From Octopus bimaculoides (taxonomy: Eukaryota), in NCBI RefSeq assembly GCF_001194135.2, contig NC_068997.1, positions 3,845,420-3,898,352 of the forward strand: a stretch of DNA of 52,933 bases. The letters are read 5' to 3'. This document shows, one piece after another, positions 34,315 to 46,793 of this stretch (positions are counted from its first letter, which is position 1; each line of letters starts with the position of its first letter). Both the position numbers and the translations under genes were made by a program. The notes beneath the pieces are model-generated. The model did not search any database and was not told the origin of the DNA. It saw nothing but the letters and a program-made list of their open reading frames with translations.

Positions 34315-35904
34315 AATTCTCTAAATGAAGTATTAACAGTAACTGCACGATAAAGTGTAGTATATTGCCACTTAAGTGTGGCTGACCCCTAGGGGTGGAT
34401 GTTACTGTTGCTTTTAGCCCCAGGAGGACATCTCCTCCAGCTGGCTTATATATATATATATATGTATAAATATATATTGTATTGTAATAAAATGACTGCA
34501 GATTCTATTATCTCTTGTACTCATAAATGTAATCCCCAACAAGCCTCATCATTTCCAAAATAGTGATTCTTGAAATCCCAAACACAATTTGGCCGATGTG
34601 ATATCACCCTGTGTGTCTAACCAATTTCCGGTCAGAAGAATTAGTTTGGCCGAAATATTTGTAAGGCTACATTTGCCCAATGTGCGGATCAGTAGGATCG
34701 AACTTGAAAACCGAGGTTTTTATGTAATTTTTGTCACCATTCTGTTCTATCTACGTACTCTACATACAAGATTCAAATTCAATACGAATACACATTACAC
34801 ATCATATGTCATCTAAAAAGAATGCAGGAAAGTTTAATAGAATTACAAATTATGTTTGTATTTATTTTACATTAAAATGTCAAGCAGAGTTAGTTTTATA
34901 TGAAGTAAGGTTATTTTGTCGTAATCCAACTGCAATCAAGTTAAGCTTTGCCTAATACATGTCAGGACAGACTACTTATGAGAAAATAAATAAGGTAAAA
35001 GAAAAACATTGATTTCCAAATTTATTAGAAAAATATTTTAGCTCCATAGTGAAAAAAAAAAAGAAATGGTGATGAAAGCAAAAATAGACTTCCGGTAGTG
35101 AGTAAATATTCAGAGAGACTTATTTCTGACATTAAGCTTGCGAATTAGCGTTAATGATTGTGCATTGGACTAAAAGCTTTATAGCATATATCACACTGGC
35201 CTCAGTATTCTGGTTTCAAATTCTGCTGGAATCAGCTACGTAATTCTACCTTTTAAGATACATATATGCTAGTGCATATACACTGTCGAAGGTCCTGCTA
35301 AAAATAACACTCAAAATATTTCTCGTAGCATACAGTATTGTTTTAGTGTTTACATATTCAAAATTTTTGTATACTTTATCTAAATTTACCTTACATACTC
35401 TCGGTAGTTTGAAAGAGAGAAGTGAGCCATCACTGGTAAGTTTCAAGCAAAATGAAGCCAGTTGATTTTATCGTCACACCAACTAGCTGAAAGTCGTTTG
35501 ATTTAATCGAGAATAAAAGTTTAGAGCAAGAATAGATCTAAATTTGTCGAACATATAGCTATGGGTGTGTAAATAAACTCACACGTATGGCTATATGTCC
35601 ATATACAGAGGAAATTAAGTTATGATCTCTGTAGTTAAACATACAACTATGACTGTATCCAAACATAGATATATATTGTATATGCATACATATATTACGG
35701 CTGTGTAATCAATTACGTAGCTATGTTATCTGTATAAAAACATAGAGGTATGACTGTATATGCAAATATATACTCTTGGAAGTGTATACGAACGTATAGT
35801 CTAGGCTGTGTATAGATATTTTGAACTCATATTGTATTGGCTATTAACAGAAATGAATTACTTTGGACAACGTAAACCTTGGTGTAATTTCTCTGCAAAA
35901 TATA

Positions 35905-36770
35905 TGGAACGGTTTAGGTTTGATGATTTGACGCTGACTTGGCTTTGATATTAGATCTGGTAGATTAAGTTTCACGTGGTTTAAATTTTAGATCTGATGG
36001 ATGAAAGCCTGACTAGCTTTGATTTTAAATATGATGTATTAATTATTGACCAAGCTTTTATGTAGCATCTGTAGGATTAATGCTCACCTGTCTTTCATCC
36101 AGGTACGTGCTGTCAGTAATTACTCAGGGTAGGCAGTTGGTGAACTTTATGTTGTAAAACACAAAAACTTTGAAGGCAGATTTATTTCTGCCTTCATAGC
36201 CCGTAAAGAAAATGGTGTTGCAAGAGTGTATGCAGCACGTGTACTACAAAAGTAGAATGCGTCGCTTAAATACTGAGATTGAAAAGCAGGCGCGAATTAT
36301 GCCTGCCTATTTTACAAAACAGAAATATTTTTCATTTTATGCAAAGTAATGAGAGTAACCTTCATAATCCTATTGAATTAGGTGAATAGTTTCCCATAAA
36401 AGTAAAATGCTGCTAACGATCTATTCTATTCAACGTTGGCACTGCCTACCTTGCTTACCTGGGCAGGACGTCCCTGCTTTCATCATATATTTGATCTGGC
36501 TTTAATTTTTTTTATATCAGATTAGCACTGATTCGGTTTAGATTTTAGATCTGATGGATTAATGCTGAGCTGGCTTTGATTCTAAATCTCATGGATTAAT
36601 GGCAACCTGTCTTTGATATTAGATCTGATGGATTAATGCTGACGTGGCTTTGATTTTAGATATAGTGGATTAATGGTGATCTGACTATGATTTTATATTT
36701 AATGAATTAACTATGACGTTGCTTTGATCTTTGATTTTATATCTAATGGATTACCGCTAATCTGGATTTA
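35905..36770. repeat. Degenerate ~37-bp minisatellite, interrupted by a MITE
   Basis: Units such as GCTTTGATATTAGATCTGGTAGATTAAGTTTCACGTG, GTTTAGATTTTAGATCTGATGGATTAATGCTGAGCTG and GCTTTGATTTTAGATATAGTGGATTAATGGTGATCTG. About 5 units lie left and 6-7 right of the insertion. Confidence 0.85.
36100..36476. mobile_element. hAT-type MITE (377 bp)
   Basis: TIR CAGGTACGTGCTG versus reverse complement of the right end CAGGGACGTCCTG (11/13). Subterminal GGTAGGCAG on both ends. Perfect 8-bp TSD CTTTCATC at 36092-36099 and 36477-36484. Confidence 0.85.
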
Positions 36771-37754
36771 AACCACAACACATGACTACCGCTAGAATAC
36801 CGTTAGATCAGTTATCCGACTTAACATCACTTCTTGGGCCATAAGTGCCTTTAGCAGAGTCCAGTTTGTTAAATGTATTCAGACCAGGTCACCAGCCTAA
36901 AGATAGACCCTTTCTTTACACCCACATGACTCAAGAGTCCCGAAGAATGTGCACATAACATTGGTTCTTCATTCTTTCACTAAATTGTAAATAACCACTT
37001 CATTTCATTTCCACGATACGTTCCTTGAAATCTTCCTGGCAAAGCACATTTCGTCCAAAACCTCAGAAGTGCGAAAACGTTTACTGTTAGTAGATGCCAA
37101 TAACTAGTAACACTCACAAATTAAATTTCATTACTACTATTCTCTCGATACAGCCGTTTGTGGGTGTGATTCTGACATTTCATGAAACCGTAATTATTTA
37201 CAATTTAAATTACCATACTCATATTTCTTAATTAACAAGGATTTTTGTTTTGACAATTTTTTTCGTCATATTAATTTCTCTTAGACTAATGAACTAATTA
37301 AAATACAAATATAAATAAATAGATAAATAGATAGATAAATAGATAAATAAATTGCAATAAAATCGTAACTACGGCACTCGAAATATTGACAGTTTTCCGA
37401 TTACATATTTATAAATTGGAAATCGTTTGTTTTTAAATTTGTCTTCGTTGGAAATAAGCTATTGCTGTTTATTTCGTTTTTGTTTTTAGAATATTCTTTG
37501 TCTTAATTTTTTTTTTTTTGGCTTCATTTTTTTTTACGACTTGAAGCAGAAAGATAATTCAACCGACTGATTAGAGACGAAACATTAAATTACTAAATAA
37601 TATTCTAAATTTCTTTTTTTAAAGGCATGTTATAGCTCTGACTAATTCGATTAAGTTTAATTTCCCATTGATTTATATCGATAACAGACGAAAATGCTAT
37701 TTTCGAACACCAAGTTGCTTTCATTTTTAAAATGTTTGAGATAAAAGCTAGGTA

Positions 37755-37794
<40 letters not shown>

Positions 37795-37934
37795 TTGTTG
37801 TTGTTGTATAATATATAGAAATAATGATACTTAATAAATGCTCGTAGAAAGCTACATATTCATGTGTGTATGTATGTATCTGTATGTATATATATTTATT
37901 TATTTATGGGTTTCAACCAAGTGTATGCATGTAT

Positions 37935-37971
<37 letters not shown>

Positions 37972-38564
37972 NNNNNNNNNNNNNNNNNNNNNNNNNNNNN
38001 NNNNNNNNNNNNNNNNNNNNNNNNNNNNNNNNNNNNNNNNNNNNNNNNNNNNNNNNNNNNNNNNNNNNNNNNNNNNNNNNNNNNNNNNNNNNNNNNNNNN
38101 NNNNNNNNNNNNNNNNNNNNNNNNNNNNNNNNNNNNNNNNNNNNNNNNNNNNNNNNNNNNNNNNNNNNNNNNNNNNNNNNNNNNNNNNNNNNNNNNNNNN
38201 NNNNNNNNNNNNNNNNNNNNNNNNNNNNNNNNNNNNNNNNNNNNNNNNNNNNNNNNNNNNNNNNNNNNNNNNNNNNNNNNNNNNNNNNNNNNNNNNNNNN
38301 NNNNNNNNNNNNNNNNNNNNNNNNNNNNNNNNNNNNNNNNNNNNNNNNNNNNNNNNNNNNNNNNNNNNNNNNNNNNNNNNNNNNNNNNNNNNNNNNNNNN
38401 NNNNNNNNNNNNNNNNNNNNNNNNNNNNNNNNNNNNNNNNNNNNNNNNNNNNNNNNNNNNNNNNNNNNNNNNNNNNNNNNNNNNNNNNNNNNNNNNNNNN
38501 NNNNNNNNNNNNNNNNNNNNNNNNATATATATATATATATATATATATATATGGAGAGAGAGAG

Positions 38565-39108
38565 AGATCGCCCCAGTACATAACTGGTACGTTGTATGTA
38601 GGCATGAAAAGGCTGAAGGGCAAAGTTGTTTTCTGTGCGATTCGAACTAAGGATGCAAGGAAGTGGTTTAAATACCTTGCGCAAATGCATTTGGCCCTTT
38701 ATCAAGTTGCCATCTTACAGCATCAAGTTGGATACTGGAAGATGAATGGATACACAATAACTACAACAACAATGACAAAATTAGGAGGAACCGAGATGTG
38801 GATATTTCTGCAGAGGTGGGATAAACAGACGTACCATATCTCCCACCGACATCACCACCACCACGAGGAACTACTTGTTTTAGACGTCCTTCAATAATGA
38901 TAACAAATACAGCAAAAACAACAACAATAATAATGATAACGACTATGATGACGATGACGGCGACGATGACGGTGATGAGGATGAGGATGAGGATGAGAAG
39001 AAGAAGAAGAAGAAGAAGAAGAAGAAGAAGAAGAAGAAGAAGAAGAAGAAGAAGAAGAAGAAGAAGAAGAAGAAGAAGAAGAAGAAGAAGAAGAAGAAGA
39101 AGAAGAGT
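38565..39108. repeat. Degenerate SINE B (38565-38690) and compound (AAC/GAT/GATGAG/AAG)n tract (38915-39108)
   Basis: CCCCAGTACATAACTGGTAC...GGGCAAAGTTG...TTCGAACT; about 35 perfect AAG units. Confidence 0.75.
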
Positions 39109-39408
39109 TACCATTATGTGATTGCTGTTCTTGTCGTTCCATTCTTTCAGGAAATAAGGTGAAAAGTCAGGTCGTAATGAAGTGGAAAGCTCACGGGGAT
39201 TGCAAACTATGAAGTGGATAACAGAATTGTAGAAAGAGGAACAACAGTGCGAGCTATATGTTTGATAATAATATAAATGGCTTCATTTATTTGCCAGCAG
39301 GGCGAAGGATGACGGGGACAACACAAAGACAAACATAAAGTGTTGGGGTTTATATATAAGGAAATGATAACATAATTGCATACGTAAAAAAAGTAAGTAT
39401 ATACACGG

Positions 39409-40307
39409 TATGTGGGTTGATCAATAAGTATCCGGAATGTTGTCATAGTAACGAAGCTAAAGAACGCAGAGTAAGGCAGCTAGGCAACGATTGACCGTGA
39501 ACTCTGTTGTGCATGCGCTCTAAATTTTAACGTCCCAGCTTACTTTCGCTCTTTACAGTAGTGCTTGGAATGAAGGTATTTAGCGTGTGATCGTTGCATT
39601 GACCATGGCAGAGAAAGTCGTCATGGTGTTACCTGCTCAGAAGCCAACGCAAAGTTGCAGAAAGTGTATGGAGAAGAGTGTATGAGCCGCACACAAGTGT
39701 ACGAGTGGTTCAGACGTTTCAAACATGACCGAAAAATTATCGATATTGACGAACGCTCTTGGAGACCCGCAACCAGTAGAACTGAGAAAGACATCGCAGA
39801 TGTGCGTGTAGCTGTGAGGGGAAAGCTTTAAATCACCATCCGTGAGTTATCAGAGGATGTGCAGATTAGTTACGGTTCAGTTCAGTCCATTATCACTGAA
39901 ACTTTGGTTATGAGACGCGTGTCGGCCACGTTTGTGCCAAAATTGCTTTTAGCTGACCAAAAAGACACTAAGGTTTCACTTGAACAAGGTCTCCTTGATT
40001 GTGGTCGAGAACAATGAGAAATTTTTGAAAACTTTGCTTAGGCCTCTGAGCATGTTTCACCAGGCTTTTGGCAAGATTTGATGCAGATTCTCTGCTCAGC
40101 TTTCTCTGTCATGGTCACTGCGACGATCACACGCTACACACCTTCCTTCCATGCACTGCTGTAAACAGAGGAAGTAAGCTAGAACGTTAAAACTTAGTGT
40201 GCATGCACAGCCGAGATCAAGCTCAACTGTGCGAAGCGGCTTTACTCCGCGTGCATTAGCTTCGTTACTATAGCAACAGTCCGGATACTTATTGATCAAA
40301 CTACGTA
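39409..40307. mobile_element. Fold-back mariner: two 5' ends in inverted orientation
   Basis: TIRs TATGTGGGTTGATCAATAAGTATCCGGA and (reverse complement) TACGTAGTTTGATCAATAAGTATCCGGA. The left arm encodes EANAKLQKVYGEECMSRTQVYEWFRRFK...MRRVSATFVPKLL on plus. The right arm encodes MTEKAEQRICIKSCQKPGETCSEA*AK on minus from 40112. Confidence 0.88.
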
Positions 40308-40631
40308 TACACTGAAAAGGAAAGGAAATATACATAGTATACAAAGGTTTAAAAAAAACAACCACAATAACAATGACAATAATGGTTATTGCTCTTATTA
40401 ATCAGGGGGGCAAAACGGGTACGACGTGACAGGGACAGAGAACAGTTAGTGTGTGGATTTGCATAAGGAATGCGAAGAAAGAAATTGAAAATGTGAAATG
40501 TGATAAAAGTATGCATAGTACACAAAGTATGTAATAAGAATGAATCGGTCCTTCTGATACAGTAAAAATTCCAGTTAGGGCCAATCAAGGAACCCGACAA
40601 ATCCAGGATTATTTTAACTACCAAAGGCATG

Positions 40632-40722
<91 letters not shown>
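40632..40722. repeat. (CT)n microsatellite
   Basis: Perfect run. Confidence 0.95.
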
Positions 40723-40726
<4 letters not shown>

Positions 40727-41039
40727 GCCCTCCAATCTACAGGCGCATACTGAGAGAGTGGCCATTCACTCTAACCATTTTGCAACAGTCAACCATCTTT
40801 TCACATATTCACTGGGTGTTAACACTTCACCCTCCAACGTCACTTTTCTTTCCTAAAAAAAGTCGATGAGAGTTTCAGCGAAGAAGAAAGTGTCTTTATT
40901 CAATCCTTTCAACCTCGTCCACCACAAAACCTCTTTTACCAAAAATTTTTTCATTGAACGCAAGGGACCGAGATGGAAGTAGCGCAAGGCCAAATACAAC
41001 AGAAAATACTGATAAGTGAATTAACAACAGCAATATTTA

Positions 41040-41102
<63 letters not shown>

Positions 41103-41164
41103 CAGCAGCAGCAGCAGCAGCAGTAGTAGTGGCACCAGCGATTATTATTATTATTATTATGATT

Positions 41165-41860
41165 ATTAGAAAATTATGAGTTTGCTTTAAAATTTGAGAT
41201 TACATAGACAGTATTTTACGTAGGATATGGGCAGTTTCCATGTGCACTATCTTTTGAAGTTCTGCTATTTTGGGGTCTCCAGGTATCTGACCTAGGTTGG
41301 AATCAGCCCCTTTTGCTATCATTCATAGGGCACCTATGACAACAGGTATTGTTTTAGTCTTCAGGTTTTGCCAATTTCTATTTCAAGATCTTTATACTTG
41401 CTCAGTTTTTGGTAGGTTTGACAGATACATTTATGTCGATTGTGACAGTCATATCAATGATTTCTGTCTCAAGTCTTTCAATATAATATCTGACCTATTC
41501 GCATCGATCTTTCTGTCAGTTTGAATAGTAAAGTTCCAGAGGAGTGAGATGTGATCATTTTCAAACACTGGAGGTGGTTTGTGTTCCCACCAGGGAACAT
41601 TTTAGAATGGCGCAGGTCCAGGTTTTGCAAATTACCCAGTGAATATATTGTGCTGCTTTATCATGCCTGTTGAGATACTCTGTAGGCACAAGAAGACTGC
41701 ACATAGAGACAATATGATCAATGGTTTCATTTTGATGTTGACATACACGATATGTTGGGCTACTGCCGTTCTTGAATGTGTTGGCCTGTGCAATTTGTTG
41801 TGTTCGGAATTCACTTAGATATTTCTTTGCCTGTTTTGTCACTGAGTATGATGCTCCCTT
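41165..41860 (-). mobile_element. R4/Dong-type LINE 3' end
   Basis: SPTYRVCQHQNETIDHIVSMCSLLVPTEYLNRHDKAAQYIHWVICK; HISLLWNFTIQTDRKIDANRSDIILKD. (TAA)n at the 3' side (41140-41177) and (CAA)n(TAA)n at the 5' side (41863-41925). Confidence 0.9.
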
Positions 41861-41889
41861 GTTATTATTATTATTATTATTGTTGTTGC

Positions 41890-41923
<34 letters not shown>

Positions 41924-42249
41924 ATTTCTCTGCTTGTGAATTTCAGAGAGGAAAAATCTGTGTTCGTGAGCTGTAAGTTTTTGTTCAATTTTTACAGATA
42001 ATATTGTAGCCAATTTGACTGGGCTCTCGCTGAGCTGAGCGGTTAGGCGGAATTGTATCCCTATGAGGATGAATTTTCAGTTTAAATTCATTTTTTCATT
42101 TTTTTTCAATTTTAAAATTCGCAAAATGTTCTTGGAGAAGAATGTCAGCTGTTCCTTTCTTTTTGAATTTCCGCCTCTGCTGTTGGGAATCAGTGAAAAA
42201 CGTTTAAAGATTGTCTCCGCCCTCTCCGCACCTTAGAAGTCTTGCTAGC

Positions 42250-44687
42250 ACGCCTAACACTGACCAACAGAAGGCAAAAAGAGGAAAGAACGCGAGAAAG
42301 AAGAGTAAAAGAGCAAGGAAATTCAACTAATGGACGCTGTTAGCGTCGCAACACTTGTGACTCCAAGCCATCCCACTACCACCACTAACTCCAACATATT
42401 GAACACTCAAAAAGAACAACAACCCAAGGCATTAAATAGCCGAGGTTTTGCTTCAATGGCAAAGCCTAGAAATGAATTCATTAATGTTTCTGTAGAATCT
42501 CTAAAGGTTTACAGAAACATGCTAAAAAGAAAAAGCGGAAGTTGTATTTCGATAAACTCACCTCCAGGTGTTATAGACAATACAAACGTACCATAGTGTA
42601 CAAAACTATATCTTTAAAAAAATAGACGTTTATAAACTGCCACAAAGTAAGCAGTTGAAAGATGTTTGTAACACATTTGGAAATGCGTAACATAACTGTC
42701 GAGGGGTAAGAAATATGGTACAATTGAAGTCAGATTTGCTACAGAAGACGTAGAAAAACATCAGCCCAGTTGAGAAACAATGAACTTGTCCTAGTTTCAA
42801 CATACTTGGGATGGTGTGTCGCCAAGATAAAATTACTGGAGATGCCATCAGAAATGAATGCTTGCTGGATTGTCGCAGCCGTCCTCCTCGACTTGAAAGA
42901 TAAAATGAGAATCATCTGAGTCGAAAAAGATGGAGAAAAAAAACAGGACTGGTCAGGAATTGCAAATAATGTCCAAATAAACCAAGACATTTTGGAACAG
43001 ATTCCTGATCAACTCAGCCTTCCAGATGACACTATGTTGAACGTCACAGTTGAGGGAAGAAGGCCAAGATGTTATCAATATGGACAGTATAAGCACCTGA
43101 AAACCTTCTACCCACAACCAAAACAGAAGGAGGGCGCTACCCGCTTGATACAAGCACCACCCACCCCTCAACAACTAAAACAACCCCAACTACTGAAGCA
43201 ACATCAGCAAGAGAAGAAACCGACGAAAAGAAAGCAAAGAGGGCTCCAGCAAACAAACCACCACCACCAACAACAACAACGACAACAACTACACGAGAGA
43301 CAACAACGTCAACAAAACAGAGGCACTGATCACAACCACCACCACAGCACCTCCGAAAACACCATCAACGTAGCTCTTGCCAGAGGAACAGAAATCATCA
43401 GCAAATTTCGACCCACTTGAACTACCCGTTCCCAGCTCTGACCACTCAGACATGTTGTGCGAAGAGGTGGATAGAATTGAGTGGACAGAAGACACACGTA
43501 AAAGACGAAGGAAAAAAAAGGCACAACAGTACACCAAGAAATTTTTTAAAAAAGCTGTATCCCCCAAAAAGCATGCAAAATCACCCGAAAACAACAACAA
43601 CACACCAACCCCCACGCTTCTAACACCTTCACGAACACCACCACTACCAACATCACAGACACAGCTAACAGTACAAGGCACAACAGTGTCAACAACAAGA
43701 ACATTAAACGCAAACAGCAAAAACACCACAAAACTCATCGCCAGAAACACAAACAACACAAACTTAGTCTTATACACAAAGAAAAATACTGACATCAAAA
43801 TGACTGACTTTGTTTCCCCCACGGAAAATACAAAGCCACCATACATACAGATATTTCGAACATCGCAACAGACATACATACATACACATACATACATACA
43901 TACATACATACATACATACATACACATACATACATACATACATACATACATACATACATACATACATACAACATAAAATCCAAATTTCCACAGGCGGTTG
44001 AAGGCTTCAAAACGAAAGTGTCATTGAGCCTCTATAAATCCTTGGTCATGGAGACCACCACACTCCACTTAACGATCGCGACACCTTCCCCATTCCCACT
44101 CCAGAGTGCTAACGATAAGTAGTCCTCTCCTTTTTCTCACGAGCCACTACTGCGGAAGTTTGGAAAACTGAGGGGCATCCCTTTCGAACTGGGACTCAGT
44201 GTCTGCACACACAGACGACGTCACTGTCATGGTGTCGGATGACCCCGAGGTGGAGACGGTCGACTCCATTCTAGAAGAATATGAGTTGTTGCAGGGGCTA
44301 AAATCAATGCCGAGATGACGGTGGACTTGCGACTGGACACCTGGAGAGGTAGATAGAGGCTGTCAGACGGCGTCGTCGGACACTGGACTGACGGTCCAGT
44401 TAAACTGCTCGAGGTCTGGTTTGCTTCTGACCTCCATGCGGATAAGAACTGGAAAGAGGTTACGAACAGGGTGGCCAGTCTTACCCACCAATGGGCTGAG
44501 AGGAAGCTGTCCTTGAAAAGTTGGGCAGAGGTGCCGAATGCCTACATCACTTCCGTTATCATTTATCGTCTGACAGTCGTGCCTTGTCCCAGTAATTACT
44601 TGATCCAGCTGGAGCGTCTCTTGTTCATGTTCTTGTGGAAAGGACTCGTTCCTATGGTCAGGCGGTATTTCTGCTGTTACCTCTCTC

Positions 44688-44728
<41 letters not shown>

Positions 44729-45830
44729 GGGGCGGCTTAGTCATGGCGTGGCTTTTGATGAGCAGACATGCTCTCAGGTTGTGCCGCCTGCAATGATTTC
44801 AAGGTGAATGCGTGTAGGCTCTGTTTGTGAGGCGCGTATTTCCGCGACTCGTCCTTGGTGAAGAATAGACCAAGACTGGGCGTCTGTCACTGTCCTCTAC
44901 CAGTCGGGCAATAGGATCGGTGGTTGTTCCACTTTAGCTAGTTATAGAGGGTCAGTGACGGGAAAGTGCGACGACGTCATAGGGGAGACTCTGAACGTTG
45001 ACGAAGATGAATTGATTAGTCTGTTCGGGAGGACTTTCCGGTCGGGAGAATTATGGATAATTTTCAGATATCTCTGTCTTGATAGTGCTAACGGAAGGCG
45101 CTAACGGTTCGAGATAAACTCTACAGGCATGGAAATGCTGTCAGACAGGCTTGTCCGAGGTGCGCGCAGAGCGAGGAAACCATTCAGCATGCACTCGTTC
45201 AGTGTCCAGTAATTGCTGACTTGTCGAATTATGTCGAACAGCTACTGTCATGTGTGTGAAGGATCTGTCTGTCACCCGAGTCTATAGCGATGATTACCTC
45301 GCCCCGCTTTAATCAGGCAAGTAAGGCAGTTTTCCTTTGCATGGTTGCAGTGGCGAAAAGGTTGTCTAGTGGACGAGACTGAAAAGAATGAGGATAGTGA
45401 TATTCCTCTTCGGTAAGGACCGCCGCATCGATTTTTTTCCAGTTTCACTTGAAAAGGAAAGTGAGAGTGAGGAGGGAGGTGAATTTATGACAAGGTGGGT
45501 TAAAGTTGCGAAAATTGCACGCGTGGGTGGCACTGCTCTCAGAGCAGACCTGTTCGTCGGAGGAAAGGAGTTGCAAAAGGTATTTGTCCGTGGTATCCAT
45601 GGTGATCTTGCATGGTGAGATTCCTCGATCATCCCTAGTGGTCCTCCTGTATCAGGAGGCCTCTCCCATCACAATTTATTCTCGGTATTGCTATATACTA
45701 TGTATACTTCACTTCTTTTAATGTATACTGTGTATACTTCTTTTTTTTATCATTCCATTATATATAAACCCCTACACATTAGTTCTGTCTTTGTATTATC
45801 CCCCTCATCCTTCGCCTGGTGGCAAAAAGA
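42250..45830 (+). mobile_element. Tx1/L1-clade LINE, decayed; endonuclease and RT N-terminus missing
   Basis: ORF1 remnants from 42330: YGTIEVRFATEDVEK (RRM-like), VTVEGRRPRCYQYGQYKHLKTFYP (degenerate CX2CX4HX4C), Q/T/K-rich tail. ORF2 remnants: EPLLRKF, SVSAHTDDVTVMVSD (YADD position), GAKINAE, WAERKLSL, LERLLFMFLWKG, CPRCAQSEETIQHALVQCP. 3' end near CCTGGTGGCAAAAAGAAGAA. Confidence 0.9.
43870..43972. repeat. (CATA)n microsatellite at the ORF1/ORF2 junction of the Tx1-like element
   Basis: Direct inspection. Confidence 0.95.
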
Positions 45831-45869
45831 AGAAATTATTATTATTGTTGTTGTTGTTGTTGCTGTTGC

Positions 45870-46720
45870 CTTTGCACAGCTTCAAACGCTGGAGATGTAC
45901 TATAGTGTCAGCTGTTCACTGCCAGTGAACTAAGATAACACATTTTATTTTTCGAGCACCTTCCGGAGTATTCGAGCAGTTCCAAGCAGTGCTGTTTTCT
46001 GCAAGTGCCCCACCCTTATTGCAGCCCCTATTTGTTCCACNNNNNNNNNNCAAGTGCCCCACCCTTATTGCAGCCCCTATTTGTTCCACGTATTTCTCGA
46101 GATTTTTGCTCACTGTTCCTAGGGCTCCGACAATTATTGGTACTACTATTACCTTTTTCATCGACTACAACTGCTTAACTTCCCAAGCTAACCTGTCATA
46201 TCTCTCAACTTTTCTTTCTTCCTTATCGCATACCTTGTTGTCAGCCGGGTGTGCTATGTCTATTATCCAGCATAGTTTGTTTTCTTTCTCAATTAAGCCT
46301 ATGTCCGGCTTCCTATTCTCAACCTCATGGTTGCACTGAATCATAAAATCTCATAGAATCTTTGCATTTCTATTTTCGACAATGCCTTCAGGTGTGTGGC
46401 CGTACCAATTTTTTGCTCTGTCAAGTCCATACTTGTTGCAAAGTGTCCAGTGGACAAGCCTAGCTATATTGTCGCGACGTCTCTTATATTCTTTCTGGGC
46501 TAGTGGCCCACATTGGCTGGTAATATGTTATACGGTCTCACCGTTTTGTCCACAGATTCTGCACTTATCACTTTCTGCTGTGTTGTCTATTCTCTATTTT
46601 ATGTAGTTTGTTCTTAGTGCTTGCTCTTGGGCAGCACAGATTAGACCCTCCCTCCGTTTTCGATTTTAAATCACTTTTAGTCATCCACAGCCATCGTTTT
46701 TCTCTGTCTGACTTATCTTC
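45870..46720 (-). mobile_element. R4/Dong-type LINE 3' end, third subfamily
   Basis: AAQEQALRTNYIK; DKCRICGQNGETV*HITSQCGPLAQKEYKRRRD; NRKPDIGLIEKE; VIVVPIIVGALGTVSKNLEKY; TALLGTARILRKVLEK. (CAA)n(TAA)n tail at 45835-45870 and (TAA)n at the 5' side from 46731. Confidence 0.92.
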
Positions 46721-46734
46721 AATATTCCTATGAA

Positions 46735-46793
<59 letters not shown>

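Noticed and set aside
34365-34448. Short GC-rich structured stretch (GCCAC..GTGGC, CCCCTAGGGG, GATGT..ACATC, GGAGG) as a possible ribozyme
   Set aside because: Could not be threaded onto hammerhead, HDV or twister consensus on either strand; probably a fragment of a dispersed repeat.
35905-36770. CRISPR-like appearance of 37-bp repeats
   Set aside because: Units are contiguous with no unique spacers, are highly degenerate, have no cas genes nearby and lie in a eukaryotic context.
46002-46089. 39-bp direct repeat either side of a 10-N gap (also 37 bp at 49515-49598)
   Set aside because: Typical unmerged contig overlap, an assembly artefact. The extra Dong codons it creates are not real.
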